A stretch of DNA of 64,000 nt from Paramecium tetraurelia (GCA_000165425.1 CT868047.1:124001-188000), one strand, 5' to 3'. Numbered from the stretch's first letter, positions 39,335 to 56,597 are shown. Numbers and translations: made by a program. Notes: generated by a model from the sequence alone, not told the origin.

Positions 39335-39901
39335 TCATGATTTTTGTATTCTTACTGGGAGAAGAAGAGTACGTTGTTCAAATTAAACTTCTGGAGAGAT
39401 TTCATAATCTCCTAGATCTATTTATGATCTAAATAATAAAAAATAAGTAAATATATAGGAAAAATTGTTAGCATTATTTCTTGTTTTGATTATTGAAATC
39501 TTTGAAATGTGTTTAATGATAATAAAATTTCAATCCTGTATTATTTTTTTGCACTTTTAAACTTTTTTATGGACCTTTCTTTTTCTTCTATGAATTTCTT
39601 TCTCATTATATGGAGCTGGTATAGGTTTGAGGATAGTCCTTCTCTTTTTAACAATTTTCTTCACTTTAATCCTCTAATCGTCGTGCTGTTCAACCATTTC
39701 ACCATCCTATATTTTTTGTTAATGTTCAACTAAATCATCTTGATCTTATTATAATAGTCGGGTTTAATACTAATTTTATGTAAATATCGTTTAATGGATA
39801 AGCTACTTCTTCTGATATCGTTATCTTATATTTTGCTCTAAAGATTATCCTTAACAGTTTATGATGATGAACATAATCAGAAAAACGATAAAATGTTTCA
39901 T
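39335..39901 (-). CDS. Hypothetical protein with signal peptide
   Basis: MKHFIVFLIMFIIINCQG followed by a basic region. Confidence 0.55.
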
Positions 39902-41077
39902 GAAATAAATTAATTAAATCTCAAATTATGGATCATATTTCATCTCTGATTTTGAAATTCGTTAACTCACAAGTTTAATTTTGAATAGCCTAAAGTGTGC
40001 ACTGATGAAATTTATTGATTGTGCAAAACGACTTTATTTAGTAATTTGACCACTACTTAACTAAAAGGGTTAAAATATAGATAAGTTATGTTTAAGATTT
40101 AAATCTAATTTAATGTTGGACAAATATAGTTTATATCAACAAATGATTAATTAAATAAATGAATCTCTGAGAAATCGAAGGTTAAATAGAATGTTTTGTC
40201 TCATGTGATCAAATGCTTCAGCCTTTTAAGTTAATGTTCTAATCTTTGATTCTTTTAAATATTATATTAATAAAGATGTCATAATTCAATTAGCAATATT
40301 TTTATTTGATTTCAGATATATTTTTGCCATATAATGTTTGGTTATTGAGAGTAATCAAATAATTATTGAAATTTTTGGTTAATTAATGAGGTCATCATTG
40401 AGAAAAGAACATCATTAGATAGAATTTATTAATCATCTAACTATCATATAAATAAAGATGAAATCTCTCAGTAAATTAGAAAAACAACTAATATTTAATA
40501 AATACTTCATAATACTCATACTTAAATACTAATTATTCAATATAATAAATCAAAGAATTTTTAAATGATAATAGTGTTTATTTATATTAATTGATTGACT
40601 ATGTGATTATCACAAAAAATTTATCTTAAAATCACAGAGATAATATTTAAAAAATATAAATGTATCATTTAAATCAACATTTAATTAGACAAAATATTTA
40701 AACTGTTGAATCTAGGACTATTAAATTCTCAGTCAGCATTAAAATAGTCTTAAATTATCTTAAAAATCTTTCATCAATTAGAAGTATCATAATTTTTACA
40801 CCAATTTAACCCTAAGAATTATCACCTGAGACTAGTAATAATTGATTACATAAACATTTTGTGAATAAATCTATACTGAAATAGAGAATATATGTTAAAG
40901 ATAAGAATAAATAATTGTGCGAAACATGCTTGGATATTGGATAATGATTAATCACAATATAAATAATACTAAATTCCAAGGTTTATCTCAATATTTCAAT
41001 AAAATAAAGTAAATAATAATGAACATTAGGAAATATTGACTTTAACTCTTGATAATATGTATTATTATATATATAGA

Positions 41078-42304
41078 TCAATTATTCTCTTACTTTTTCA
41101 TTTTATTTTAATTATTTTTCTTTAAATTTATCTCCAATTAGACCAAAGGGGAATCACTTCCCTCCTGATTTTTCTCTAATTTTACTTTTTTTTGTTTTTA
41201 ACTGCTTTTGTTCAAATTGTAAAGGGATTCTTAGCCTTGTTCTTGTGAAGCTTAAATTTAAGCATCTGTTTTATTTAGACAATGCTCACACTTGCATAGA
41301 TCATTGCATTTCAAGTTCTGACTGTAACATTCACAATATTTTTTTTTGCATCCAGATTTTTTACAATTACATCCCTTGTGTACGACACTGGAGTTGTCTT
41401 TACTTGGTTCTTTTATGGGTTTATCTTAGATGAAATTGAATATACCTTATTAAACGAATTGTGGAGCTCCTTTTGTGGTAAAACATTAAGCAAATGCATC
41501 TGAATTTCTTAACAAGGCTTCTTCGATAGCTTTTGATCGTTCTTGAGGGTTATCTATTCTGTTTTTACATTCTTGGCAATTACAACTCTATGAACAAACC
41601 TTTTTGTAAATAATAAGGAAATCATATCATACCCCATTGTTGGCAAAGCATTCGCAATATAGTTTGAGACATTTACTTTTTTTACAGTTGCACTAAAAAT
41701 CAGAAACTTTTTGATATTAGACTAATTGATAGACTTTACTTTGAAGTTCCTTAGAAACTGTATTCTGACATTGTAAACCATCATACATAGGAGGATAGTA
41801 ACAATAAGGTGGCATCATTTATTACGGAGGTCTAGGTTGATACCATTGTTGAACCATAAACTGTTGTCCAGAGGGGTATTTCATCATCATAGGTTAGGGT
41901 GGGTATTTCATTGGATAGAAGCCGAAGGGGTAGGGATTTCGATGTGGATCATCATCCATTTGATCAAAATGGGGAACTTCACCTAATGAATATTTTAGAA
42001 ATGCTTAGCTACTTTGACCCTTTTTGTCGCTATTGAGATATTTCTAAGGATCATAGTCATTGAAGCCTGATTAAAATGCCGTAATACCTTTGTTTTCTAG
42101 ATCGAAGTGAGGAGGAATATGGGGAAATAATTATGAATACTGCATAGGAGTAAATCGTGGCGATGGATTCATAGGCCAATCATCTGGATATTCTTGAATT
42201 TTCTTATTATTCTCTTATTTCCTGTGGGGCTCATTTGAATTCTCCCTTCAAATAAATTAATTCAATGTCCAATACCTATTATTATCCTCCGAATATGCAC
42301 ACAT
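41078..42304 (-). CDS. Tesmin/TSO1-like CXC (CRC) domain protein
   Basis: [16 protein letters not shown]...CNCQECKN, linker RNSDAF, second [16 protein letters not shown]...CKCEHCLN. Confidence 0.93.
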
Positions 42305-43122
42305 AAATTAATTTATTTAATCACTCAAGATATTCAAATTAATGATTAATTAAAACTGCTTGATCCCATCAGAATAGATAATCAACTTGCCATCCATCTG
42401 GGCTAAGAAAAGGTCTGAGTAGATGACATTTAGATTTTTGTGACCAATTCAAGAATGGATATATTTAGTTTAATTATTGATATTACACAACCAATAGATG
42501 ATAATTTAATACCTTGTAGAGAGAAATTCAATCATTTATTTAAAATTACAAGTAAAGTTACTACTTTTAAATTACAAATTCTAACTTTATCTCTTTTAAT
42601 CAGCTAATAGAATAAATCAATCATTAATAATCTAAATTTTTATCGAGTTTAATTATTTTGAATGAACTTTTCAAATTTAATTCAAATGATAACAATTTTA
42701 TTACCATTTTTAATATTAACTATTTTAAGTATAAATTGTTTAATATTTTAAATCGAATATTTGTAAAAAATTTTAAATTTCCTATTTTGAATTTTTATAA
42801 TTAAATTAGAAACTTAAATAGTAATTATATAATTGAATAGAATTACTCATTCAAATAAGAATATATTAATAATACAAATCATTAGAATTCTTTAAGAATG
42901 CTCAAATCTAATTTTAGGTTCATTTGAATTACTATAAACATTTAATGTATAATCAAATTTTGATATATTATTTCTTTTCTTAAATTCTATCCTAATTTTA
43001 AAAATTAATAAAATTTATGTGCATGAATAAATCATATATGTTATCATAATATAAATATCTAAAATATAGAGTGATGATCACATAAATTTAGAAGCTATTT
43101 ATATTGAATTAATAATTTGATA

Positions 43123-46100
43123 TCACCAATCATCTTTCTGCATAAGATTTCCTTCATTTTCATCCTTTAATTCTAGAATTCTCACAACAGGTACGACGAA
43201 AGATTCGATTACAGGTAATATTTCTGAAAATGAGTATTATAATAATCTTACATTCTTCAGTTAAAGTATTATAATTGTCAGGTAGATTAGATTATCTCCA
43301 TTTTTAATACTATGAGATCTAATCGTCATATTCAAAGCATGCTTTGATCAAGTATTTTAACTAAGCTTCTGACAATATAATCTTTTATTTAGGCAACTAG
43401 CCTTTGTATAGAACTGATTTTTCCTAATTCTGCTCAATTGATTGTAATGGTAAAATAGTACCATCACATTAATTATCAGGTATAATCTTAAAAGAACGCT
43501 AAGAAAAGCTATCGTCCTTTTCTCTATTCTAAATTCTAGATTATAATTTCCTAAGTTTAAATTTGAGTTCTTCAATCCTTGTATTACTTTCTAAGTTGAA
43601 ATAACTTAATTTTTATTTCGATAAATGCTTTCCTTCTTCTATTTGCTACATTAATCTAGTGTATTTTAAATAAATGTATTCTGACTATTGTATTAAGTTT
43701 GTATAAATACTATGATTTATTTAGAAGAATTTCTTTGGTCAAAATAACTGTGTTATTTCTTGGGTTTCAATTATTCTTAATATTTTTCAATTAGATCTCT
43801 AAAATAATTCAATTTTATACTCTTCATTGAACTCCCTATCTTTGATTGGCTTGTGTAAATGAAAGATGCGATAAATAAGAAAACAATGAAATATTAGTCT
43901 AACATTATAAGACCAATGAATAAAGAATTTGAAAGCTAGGTTTTCAAAGATCATGTCAGTCAATTCTTTCTTAAGGTCCACTATATTTTAAAATTGTAAA
44001 ATACCTGGAAATAATAAATAATTGGTGTAGATCAACTCTAAACATTTTGCTATGATTAAAGCATGTTCACTTTGAGATAGAATAATTCTGATTCCTTTTA
44101 AAAAGTATTTTTGATCTAAAAACGACGGCATACTTAAATTAAATTGACTTATTTTTTAAAAGCATTTATTTAAAAGATCTAAACAATGAACTACATTGTC
44201 AGAATTATATAAACTAACCTTATTGAATAAGATGACAATTATGGTATTTAATAAATTTGTATTTCTGAGTAAATAACATAAAGCAATTTTTAAAGCTTCT
44301 GGATAATTGCATATTTCTCTTGATTTTAATTCTAAAAAAAATGCCTTAACAAGTTAAAAGTATCCCGGTAATTAATGATACGGAACATTTTTACTGTTAA
44401 CTATGTAGGTATTTAGTAAATCACACCATTCTTTGAGAAATAAAAAGAAAGCAATTCCTCTTTTACCTAATCGTTTTTGCCACAATGTTTAATTAATAGT
44501 TTCATTCATTTTATGATTATTGGCATAATATTTTGGATCTTTCATAAGATATTCATAGAAGTGCTTATTCCAATCAAAAATATCATTAAATTCTAAATTA
44601 GAAATCCCCCCACTTGATTTAGTTAGAGATCTCCACTCTGGTATTTGTTCATCCTCAGCTCTTTAAACACTGGTGATTATTTTATTTCTGAATTCTGGTA
44701 CTCTGAAATAAGCATTAGCAAAAAAGTTCTCAACAAAAGATCTTTCATTTTGTGCCAATGACTTTTACTTTAGTTTCTCCAAAATAGTGGATAGCCCTTT
44801 TTATAAAAAGACTTGATAGCTCAATCCGATGTCCATCTTAAACCTAAATAGTTTTTCATCAGTTTTTTGTGTTTGATCTGAAAATCCCAATTAAGACAGA
44901 CTGAGTTCTCCTCTATTCATTAGTAGTTTAAGTATAGCATAATATTATTCTCGTAATTGTTCCTATTGTTAATCTGCTGTTTCTAATAGTCTTATTGCGA
45001 GATCAATCAATAGTTTTTAAGAATTAAAGAGATCCTATTAAGTTTTATATTCAAAACAAACCATAGATTGTTTATGGCTCAACTTTAAATTTTCAACGAT
45101 CTGATTGATGTAATCATTTTATTATGTAATTAAATTCTAATCAGGTTCTGACTATAATAATTTTAATAATTGAAATACTTTGCTTAAGATAATATACTGC
45201 AAGTCTAATAAACCTTATCCAGCTGAGCTCAACTGTTAAATTTCCTTTATACTGGCTTTAGCTTAATTGATCACTCTGGTTCCTTAGGATACTCCCTTAT
45301 CAGTTCTAACTCCCACAATTTGCTATTTCAAATGAAATGGCAGGATGATTTCTAAATGATAATTTAGCATTCCTTCTTATACCCCATGGTTCCAAACTCT
45401 TCTGTTATTTTGTTTCCAGTCTATTTTATATGATTTTATTCCTTTTTCAATGATCTAAATATTGTATCATTTAATAAGTACGCATTCGGTTTTTTAGGTT
45501 AAAGCATAATTTAAATTTACATATGCCTCACATTCTATTTCTTTTTTACCATCCTTAATGATATGCCATAAGGATATTTAAATCGAAGAGGAAGTAATTT
45601 CGATTAAAGGTACTTCTACTTCCATTTCTACTTTAGAATCATTCCATACTATTTATTTATTTGATTATAGTGATTGTGGTTTGTGTAATAACTAATTTTA
45701 AAATGCAGGTGAATATTCTGAATGAAATTATAATTATGATGTCAGCATCCTTAATTAGAAACAATATTCATTGTGACTTAAAGGTTCCTTCAAGTTGAAA
45801 TCAATTAACTTTGGAATAAATCTGACAACTAGAATTTGAGCCATTTTGAAATCCAAACTCACTTTTCCGTGTTTTCTTGATCCTGCTTAAGAAAATTCAT
45901 AATCAATATGAAATGGACCTGTGGCTATTTGATATAGATTCATTTTAAATGCTGATATCTATTCTCCGTTTTCATTTTGTATTTCGACTACAACAAATTT
46001 TTATTTTAATTACTCCTCTGTTGTTTATAATTAAAATTTATGAATGTATTTAAACTAAAAATATTATCATTAAATTACATAAAATTACCCTTAGTTTTCT

Positions 46101-46317
46101 TTCTCGACTTCAGTTTCAAATGTAGAAAAGTGTGATATTATCATTACTACTTTGCAACTTTACTTATCATAATTACTAAACTTTATACAATATCGTCCAT
46201 TTTCACTTTAATGTTTTCGATAATTACATCAAATCCAAGTTAACCCCTAGTTAACAAAGGAATACTATCAATATCTGTTAATAAATTTTCTCTCTATTTA
46301 CTAGAGCAGATACCCAT
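43123..46317 (-). CDS. Large protein, DUF1765-like C-terminal region, possible C2-like N-terminal domains, N-terminal MGICSS
   Basis: FFANAYFRVPEFR, FDWNKHFY, WQKRLGKRGIAFF, FIHWSYNVRLIFHCFLIYRI; ends QKDDW-TGA. Confidence 0.65.
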
Positions 46318-48046
46318 CCAAACAAATTTATATTTAAGTTATTTAAAATAAACAATTCATTTAGAATTAGATAAAAATAAGATTAATCATTTTTCAAAAT
46401 ACCTTAAGAAATGCTTTACTTAGATATATCACACTATTAACAATGATATTTGTATGAATTAATATTATTTATATCACAATCTCCCATATATCCATAAGCC
46501 ACATAAACCACGACAGTAAGACTAACAAAACAAAAATTGAATTATACAACTATATATCATTCAAACAACCAAAGATGTTAACAAATAAATAGGAATAGAT
46601 ATTAGAAAATTCATTTTTAGAAGAATTAAAAAACAACAAATCTGGCTTACAAATTAACCAATCCAAGGTAAAAGTGAGAAATTCAAAATCATTGGGTAAA
46701 ATATGAAGAGCAATCAGCACATCTGAGAATAATGAAACTGAATACCATTAATAAATAGCCTAAAGAAACATTTTATATATTCAATTTGTCACCTTTTTTC
46801 TTATTTATTCAATCAATTTATTGTATAGGTTGAAGGTATGTTGCTTATTTCAACTAGCATTAGACAAAAAACATCATAGTATCAAACTGATTCTTCATCC
46901 ATTTCAAGTGGATGAATACTCATTTCAGGTTAACATTCTCTTCTAAAGTAATTTAGATTTCAAATTACATATATATATAATTGATTAACAATTTCAAAAG
47001 GCTTAAATAAATTTATTATATTATTTATTTGTTTTGTAACATTATTTATTAACAAATAAAACAAAAATTTGAGATCAAACTCATTATATATATATTTAAT
47101 TATGATCATTTGATATATGATTAATTGATCAAAATACATACTTCTATCGAAATTCTTTTTCAAATAATTTAAGGCAAATCCTAATTCCACATCTCAAGAT
47201 ATACAGTACAGTATTAATAGTTTAAGCAACTTCATTTTTATGATTAGATAGAGTGATTTACTTATAAATTTAGTTAGTATTAAGATTTGATAAGCTATAA
47301 CTCTGATTTTACTTTTCAAAAAGAAAATAAGTAAACCATCTTCATTCATGTATAGTGGTTGATTTTCTTTATGTTTAATCCTTAAAAATTAGAATTATCC
47401 AAAATATGAGAATTCAAAGGTATTGCAATTAAAAAGAGTTACAACTATTCCTAAAATTAATTCAGCTTTTTAATTGGTTTCATGTTAAACTCCATTTACT
47501 CTTATTTAGTTATTCCTCTATTTATTGTATTGGGTAATTATGCTAAAATAATAAGAATTTTTATTTCTTAACAGTAAAATAACAAAACTGCTAATAAAGT
47601 TAAGAAAATAGAGCCAATAATATTTAAAGAATGTTTTGGACATCATTATTTTTATCATCTTATAAGAACAATATAATTTGTTATTTGAAAATCATTTACA
47701 CTAATTTTTGACACTGAAAGTTGTAACAATTAAATTATATATCTGATACTAGGCATAATTATTAGAATTCTTTTGTTATAAAAGGCAATGATGATTGTAT
47801 TTATTATTACTTGAGGTTTCAATACAAAATTAGGTGATATATTATTGACAGGAATAATCAAAAATAATTATTTAAAATCAATTTATCGTTTTATTTAGCT
47901 ATTTTTGGGAATGGATATTTAAAAAAAATAGTTTTCTTTGAAATTAGAAAATGGATTAAATAAAAGGAAATTAGAAAATTGGGTTGTAGATAGTTTAGAG
48001 TGGTTTGAATGAAAAATGAATAGATTTATAATAATAATAGTTTTGA

Positions 48047-48947
48047 TCAAGCTGGGATTATGATTGGATTAACATCGACCAGTTCATAATCATATCTAAT
48101 TTGATCATATTTTTATTTTTCAACAATCAATCTGCAATTGAAGAGACTCTTAGTTCTTTCGCATTTTCTCTTAGTTGAATCCATTTCAATGTTTTTGAGT
48201 TGTTCTTTGGTGGTTTTTCCAGTGATAATGAGAAAGATATGAAATACAAGTAAACCAAAGACTAGCAGTATGCATATTCCAAAGGGAACCATCAAAATAA
48301 TGATCAGAATTTGCTGAACTTTTTCATCGTTTGTTGCAATGAGGATAACGAAACATAAAAACTCAATTCCAAATGAGATGGCTGCCATAGTAAGGGTGGA
48401 TATGAAGGATATGAAGTAAGCATAATTACGTTTGCCAATGCAATTGTTAACAAAGGGACAATGATGATCAAATACATCCACACAATTATCACATTCTGCA
48501 CAATGATTAGAACGAGGAGGTTTCTTAATCATACAAGTAATACAGATTCTAATGTTATAATTACTATTATCAGCTTCGGTTGGTATTAAATGCAGAAGAT
48601 TCTCGTCTTTCATTTTTTCAATGATGTCTTTTCTAGGTATAATACCCTAAGTTAATAGATATAGTGATTGTTACTGGATCAGTGAATTAAGTTAGAAACA
48701 GGAATAGCACACAGCTGAAATACATGACATACGAGATGATTGGGAGAGAGGGATGTAAGACAATCCAAATCTGGGGTGAGATGTAGACAATAAATGGGGC
48801 ACCAATCAACAGGATTAATATCCATGTAATTAAATTCGTTGTGTGATCTGCGCTCGGTCCTGTCATTAAGCGACCTCGACAAAGGAATCTATTATTCGAC
48901 GGCCATAGTTAGTATAAGTGCACTAGTTATTATTTGTTTTAATTCAT
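48047..48947 (-). CDS. DHHC palmitoyltransferase (Erf2/ZDHHC9-like)
   Basis: [69 protein letters not shown]. Confidence 0.95.
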
Positions 48948-48985
48948 TAAGGAAATTAAGTATTTTAAATTGCAATTTAAGATTA

Positions 48986-50241
48986 TCAATGCATTTTCTA
49001 TTTCGGAGAGAAGGGTCTATTATATTCCTAAAGTTTCCTATCTGAGTTCTTTACAGACAAAGGCTCTCGTATCTCATGTGGGCCTGACTTTATTGAAGAC
49101 TATTTCATGAGAGGCTTCTCTTCAACTATCGCATTTAGCACAGAAGCCTTGATCTGAATGGAATGGGGAGGCATAATCTAATTGAAATGAGGAAAGAATC
49201 TATTGAATTTGTAGAAACTCAGCATCTTGGTTTACAATGATTGACACTAATTTTGTAGTTTATTTTACTTCCTTATACAACTCCAACAGTTGTTATTTGT
49301 TCCCTATCAAACTTGGGTTCTTTTCGATAAGATACTTTACGTCTTTGAGTATGAAAATATAAATGTCCTGAATGTCAAAATAGAGGAACTTAACTAAATG
49401 TGCCATCACCGGATTGGTTTCATGATCTTAACTTATTCTTTCTATCAAATGTTACATACTCATTCCGATGTAGCATTAATTCGACAACGTAAAGTAGATC
49501 ATTAGATCTTCTTAAGGTTTATTGAATTCTTCATTTATCAAAGTGGTTTGAGCAGCCAATTTATATATATAACAGTAATAAGATTGGCATAATTATCCAT
49601 ACACGTTCTCTGAGTCATCTTTGCTCTTGATATTTATTATTAAACGAGTATTGATAATCATTTTTGAGAATTCAGCCCTTGCTACTTAAGAACTGATGAT
49701 AATATGAACTAATAAGAGCATTTTTAACTTTATGAAGAAATTTTTCTCCTATTATAAGTACTCTCCTACTACTACTAATAATTATTTTAAAAACTAAGAC
49801 TAAATGGTAATCTATTAATTTACTTTTGATTGATCATTGGCAAAAAAGTGTTTTAATCTCTTGCTTATTTCTGCTTATTATGTAAATTGAGTGTCATTGC
49901 TGTTTAATTTTAAATCTTTTAGAGCAGCCAAAATTGGATTATTTGCTTGTCCAGCAGAATTATCATTTATCAATTGTTTTAATTTTGTAATCATATGATT
50001 ATTTATATTTTCTGTTAAAGAAAATTTATATAATCGATGGGCAAACAGCATCTATCATTCATTAATTATGATTTAAAGTATTCATCATCTTATCTGAAGG
50101 ATAATATCATTCATCCAACTTATTTTTATGAACATTCCATTATGGAATATAAAATCCTACAGAGATACTCTAGTTACTTAGAATCCAAATTATTTGTCTT
50201 ATGAATATCTAGGATTTTGATCTTTGATCATTTGAGTTCAT
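48986..50241 (-). CDS. Hypothetical helical protein (start approximate)
   Basis: Open frames joined by short introns; ends RPFSPKQKMH-TGA. Confidence 0.5.
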
Positions 50242-50843
50242 TTTAATTGCAATTCCTTAGAATTCGATGACTTAACCAAATTATATATATAATAAATTTA
50301 TTAGTATCCAAATGATTAAATTTGTATATACATATCCTATCATTGTATTATTGATAGTGTTATTATCTTGTATTAAATGATACAATGTTAGAATGAATCT
50401 AAATCTGTATTAAATTAATTAAATAAAGATCAAATTTCAAGTTTTCAATTTTCATTTAGTTCTATCGACTTATGTTTTAATAAAGTTGTTACCTTACACA
50501 TTATAAGAAATTTAAATATTCCAAAGAATTCTAATAAACTATAAGAGTCTTATCTTTGCAAAATTTTACTAATATTAAAAAGCTAAAAGAAATCTTCATT
50601 ATTAGAGTAGTCAAAAAGAAGATATATTCTTATAAATAAGATTGATATTAATTCTTTCAAAATTGGATTAATAGCTTAAATTAGATACATAATTTTATTA
50701 CTAAATTACAAGGCAAATATTCTAATTAGAAAATATGGGAAAAAGATATGAAATATTTATATGAATATAAAGAATATCGATTGATTAATTTTAATATGGC
50801 ATTAAGCCTTAATGAAAAAAGGATATAAAACTAATAATTACTT

Positions 50844-53234
50844 TCATATTTATCCAAAGTTATGAGTAATATTAAACTGGTCGTTTTCTTAGAATTCTAG
50901 TTCTTCAATATAAAATTATTGACTCTAAAACTGTTACTAGAGTTGATCATTATAATTAATGAGATCTTGCAGTTTTTTTGCTAATATATTAATTTGTTCT
51001 TGAAACTAATCGATATTGATCTTGAATTACATGGCCTACTCAATCTTCTTGTTTTGTAGTTACTTGTATAATATTCAATCGAATACTTCTAGCTGCTATT
51101 CCATAATATTGCTTTTTCGAATTGCTTCCTAAAGTGTGTATTACATTGTATCTCTTTATTAGATTAGTTCTGAGATTTAATTTTGAAGTTCTTTCAAGGA
51201 GGAACTTTGACAAAATGAATTGCCAGGGATTCTTGTAAGATTCTCTTTGCTCGAATGAATAATAAGTTTCTAGCGATCATTGACTTATCCATATAGTTAT
51301 TTTTCATCAAATCGTTGTGGCACATTTAACTATGATCTGTTGGGAGTTGAATCGAGGCAAAATGATCTCACATTTGTTGGAGTGATGGCCAAACGAGTTC
51401 TTGGTATTTAAGCTTAAATAAACATTTCTCTTTTTATTAAAATAACAGTCACTAAATTAAATATATGATCATTCTTATTCATCCTTTATTTCTATCAATC
51501 TATTTTATTATCTATCTTGCAATGATTAGTTGTAATTTTCTCTGCTATTCTTGAATTTGTAGGTTGTACTCAAATCCTAGTAGGTAGATTTGGTCTTCCT
51601 AGACAAATAGTCAGCTGTTGAAGGCATCTCGATTGAATATTTTATCGGGGTTATTGATTTACAATTATTCAATCTGAGATTCACATACTTTTAAATTGTA
51701 TTTTGCTTTGGAGTTGGTGTCTGTGTAGGTGCTTCTTTCATTTTGAAGATCTTCACAGACTTAACCTATTTGAATAATTGAGTTGAGTTCAAGAATTGGT
51801 TAAGATTTTATTCTTTCCTTTGAAATTGCTTAGATCTCACTCTCGGAATACTAGTCTTCTCCTTGGAGGTAACTTCTTGCATAGCCATTTTCTCTTGATT
51901 TTCAACTACAAATATGGCATTACTATATACCCATAACGAAGTAACAATCTAAACAAACAGCGATGGTTTTGTACTTAAATCCTTGAGACTACTTGAACTC
52001 TTGGTAGTTTTGAATGTTTATTTGTTCGTGTAATTTCTAGAAAGTCATTGGGATTTAAGAAATGGTATTGACATAGGCAACCTTCTCTTGGTTGGCTCCG
52101 CTAAGTTTGACTTGCTTGGCTGATTTCTTGATTTCAAGAGGCCACTTTTCAACAGGAAGTGGATTTTCAGGTAAATCAATTAGGAAGTGATACGGAACTT
52201 CGATAAAGTTGGATCCCTTTTCCAATTAGCCACATCGAATGCACTTGTGTTCTCTATTCAATTATAGAGGTCTGGAATTATAGACAGACATCAGATTATC
52301 GATTGATTTTGGAATCTTGGTCAGTAGAAGATAATAATACTTTGATTTGAGATTGGGTGTAGAGATCTTTAGGTAGATTTTTGAGATGTTTGTCATCTTC
52401 AAATTTGAGATTGCCACAAAAAAGGAACCAACATCTGGCTTTCTTGTCTACTTTGAAATAGAAAGTGCCTTGTGAGATATTCAATTTTCCATAGGAGATG
52501 GCATCTAGATGGGAGATCATTTTATCTATTTGTTCAGAGATTCTCTGGGATTAGAAATCTTTGACTTAAGCTTGAATGAACTATGAAGAAGATGATGATA
52601 CTTGCTTCGCTGAAATATTCAGGTCCTTCAAAAGTGCAATGTCTTTCATAGATGTTCATGGACTTGTTGGTGAATGATTTCTTGCACACTCTTTTGGTGA
52701 AGAGAGTGACTGATTTACTCCAGAAGGCTTGGATTTGGGCTATGAAATAATGGATTGCTTATTTACAATTGCGATCGTCTGCTGGTTCAATGAATTGTTA
52801 GAGAATGCCAAAAGGTAATTCGAAGTGCCCATCCATAAATTTATTGAATCCTTCAACATCAAAGTATATCACTTGGATTTGGCCACTGATTTGAAACTTT
52901 TCTGGAGGGTAATTGAGATCTAAGTTATCACTTGCAAATTAGTAGGGAACAACGCATACATAAAATGTAAAAGATATGCTACAACACCGCCTCTGCCCAC
53001 TTGCTAATTCCAAGTTTGCTTGATATTTTGTTTGGTAACATTCTTCCTCATCTTCTTTTTGATTTCCCCAGTTTCTTTATCTGTATAATACCAATAGATG
53101 GGCATAGAACGAATAAGAATGACAGTGTCAGGAATGAGAATGGCAGGAGGATTAGCAGTTTCCGATTTCACCCACAGGTATTAATAGATTTTGTCATACA
53201 AAATATGCTCTTACATACTCTCACTGCTAAACAT
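50844..53234 (-). CDS. Uncharacterised protein (IPDTV / PIYWYY / GILQQFIEP / TFEGPEY motifs)
   Basis: MFSSESMQEHILYDKIYQYLW...; globular-looking N-terminal half, several introns, TGA at 50844. Confidence 0.75.
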
Positions 53235-53382
53235 TTTAAATAATTTTAATATATATTTTATTACATTAATGATTATTATGATAACTAACACTCATTTCTG
53301 ATGGATAATAATAATGAGGAATTTATTAATAAAATGAATATATCAACTAAAATTTTAGCCATCCCACTTTAATAATATTTTT

Positions 53383-54859
<1,477 letters not shown>

Positions 54860-54951
54860 TCTATATATGTATATTTTTAAGATAAATTGCTTTGTTTATT
54901 TTGGAATCCAAGGTTGTCAAATTTTATTCTAAAGATTATAAATATAAATAT

Positions 54952-55266
54952 ATGAATAGATTTAAATCTTAATCTAAATTACCACCCAAGTTGAGAACAC
55001 AACCTATTGATCCTCGGGTATCATATTATGAAATCAAATTACAAGAACTGAGTTCAGAACCTTCTCAAAAATACAAAATGCAATAAAGTATATCGCTCAC
55101 TCATGAAGGTTTTGTTCGTCAACGGAAAACCATTAGTGATTATAATAAACTCCCCACTCCATTACCTAAAATCTAGAATACTCGAAAATATAATGAAGAA
55201 TATAGAAATATATTTAGTTAAAGGAATCTAACCAGACTAGTTGGTGGACTACAATAATTGTTGTGA
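54952..55266 (+). CDS. Small hypothetical protein
   Basis: MNRFKSQSKLPPKLRTQP...GGLQQLL-TGA. Confidence 0.5.
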
Positions 55267-56597
55267 TTGCTTATTAAAATTAATGATAAGAATTTTCATC
55301 TCTTTCCACCCCAAGTTATTCAAAATTAAACATGCTTATATATCTTGATTCTCAACCAGATATCTAATCTAGTTAAACATCTGTCAACCTATAAAATATT
55401 AATAATGATAGTTCAAAAATACCATTCAATTAAACTGAATTCATATAGCCAGCAATCTTCAATTGTTCTCACCTAGATCTTCGGTATCAATATACAAAAC
55501 CAACGAGACATACAATTTAAGAACACATTTGAGTAGCAATTACTGATGATTTGGATCCTCAAAATTGAGTCTAATTGCTAGATAAAAAATGTGTTTTATG
55601 AAGAATTTAATTAAATGAGAATGAAATAATATGTTAGTTATGGCAAGTAACTAAGATTTTAAACAAATCATATCAAAAATTCTGCTTAATAATAAGCAAT
55701 TACTTCTAAAAGGATTTAGTCTGTTTTGTAGATTATGAATCTATGAATTTATGATTTTTGGAATTAAAAATGGGATTTAAATCCATTATACGATAGTATA
55801 TATAGATTAAATCTATCAATTAGAAGTTTAATTTTTCTTTAGGAAGAATTCTTTCTATATATACTACATTGTATTGATGAGTGGATTCAAATTATAAGAT
55901 ATACTTAATAAATTTTCATTCTTTTTACTTCTTCTTAACATATAAATCTATAAAACATACTAAATTACTATTAATAGGTTTCAATTAACAATTTTACTAC
56001 TTATTGAATAATCTTTAAAGTAAAATAAAAAGCATTGAGTTATCTCTCATTTGTTCATTCTCATATAGTAATGAAATTGTTATATAAGTAATTTAATTCC
56101 TCATTTTTTATCAAAATCACATACATTGTTAAATAATTGATATAATTTAAAACAATCAATAGAGTTAAAAACAGCATTGCTAATTTTTATTGTATACATC
56201 AAAATAAACCTATCTATGGAGTATAACAATACGTTCATAAATGGTTCATCTTAAGATTATATTAATTCTAAATTATTTTTTATTAATATTCAAATTAACT
56301 GGTCTAATTTACTTATAATATTTATTATTTTGCATTCTCTCATACAATAAGAGTTCCTTTTATTCCTTAATTATAATCATAAATAAGTTTGATAACCTTT
56401 GAATATTAATTCTAATAAATATATTCAAATATACATATAACTCATAAAATAGAGAAATGAAGAATATAATTATATTAGAATTACTTATCATTTCTAAGTG
56501 CTAGATATAACTACAAATATGATTGAACTAAAATAAGAACTTAAACATAATAATAGCATTTAATAAATAGATTGAAACTTATCATTATTAACTAAAC

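Noticed and set aside
39950..41050. Long AT-rich interval as possible germline-limited DNA
   Set aside because: No terminal repeats or ORF support; may be an ordinary intergenic region or an eroded gene.
46454..46915. Small gene upstream of the DUF1765-like gene
   Set aside because: Both strands give partial open frames; no consistent model.
55332..55745. Additional small plus-strand gene
   Set aside because: Requires a doubtful intron and has no recognisable motif.
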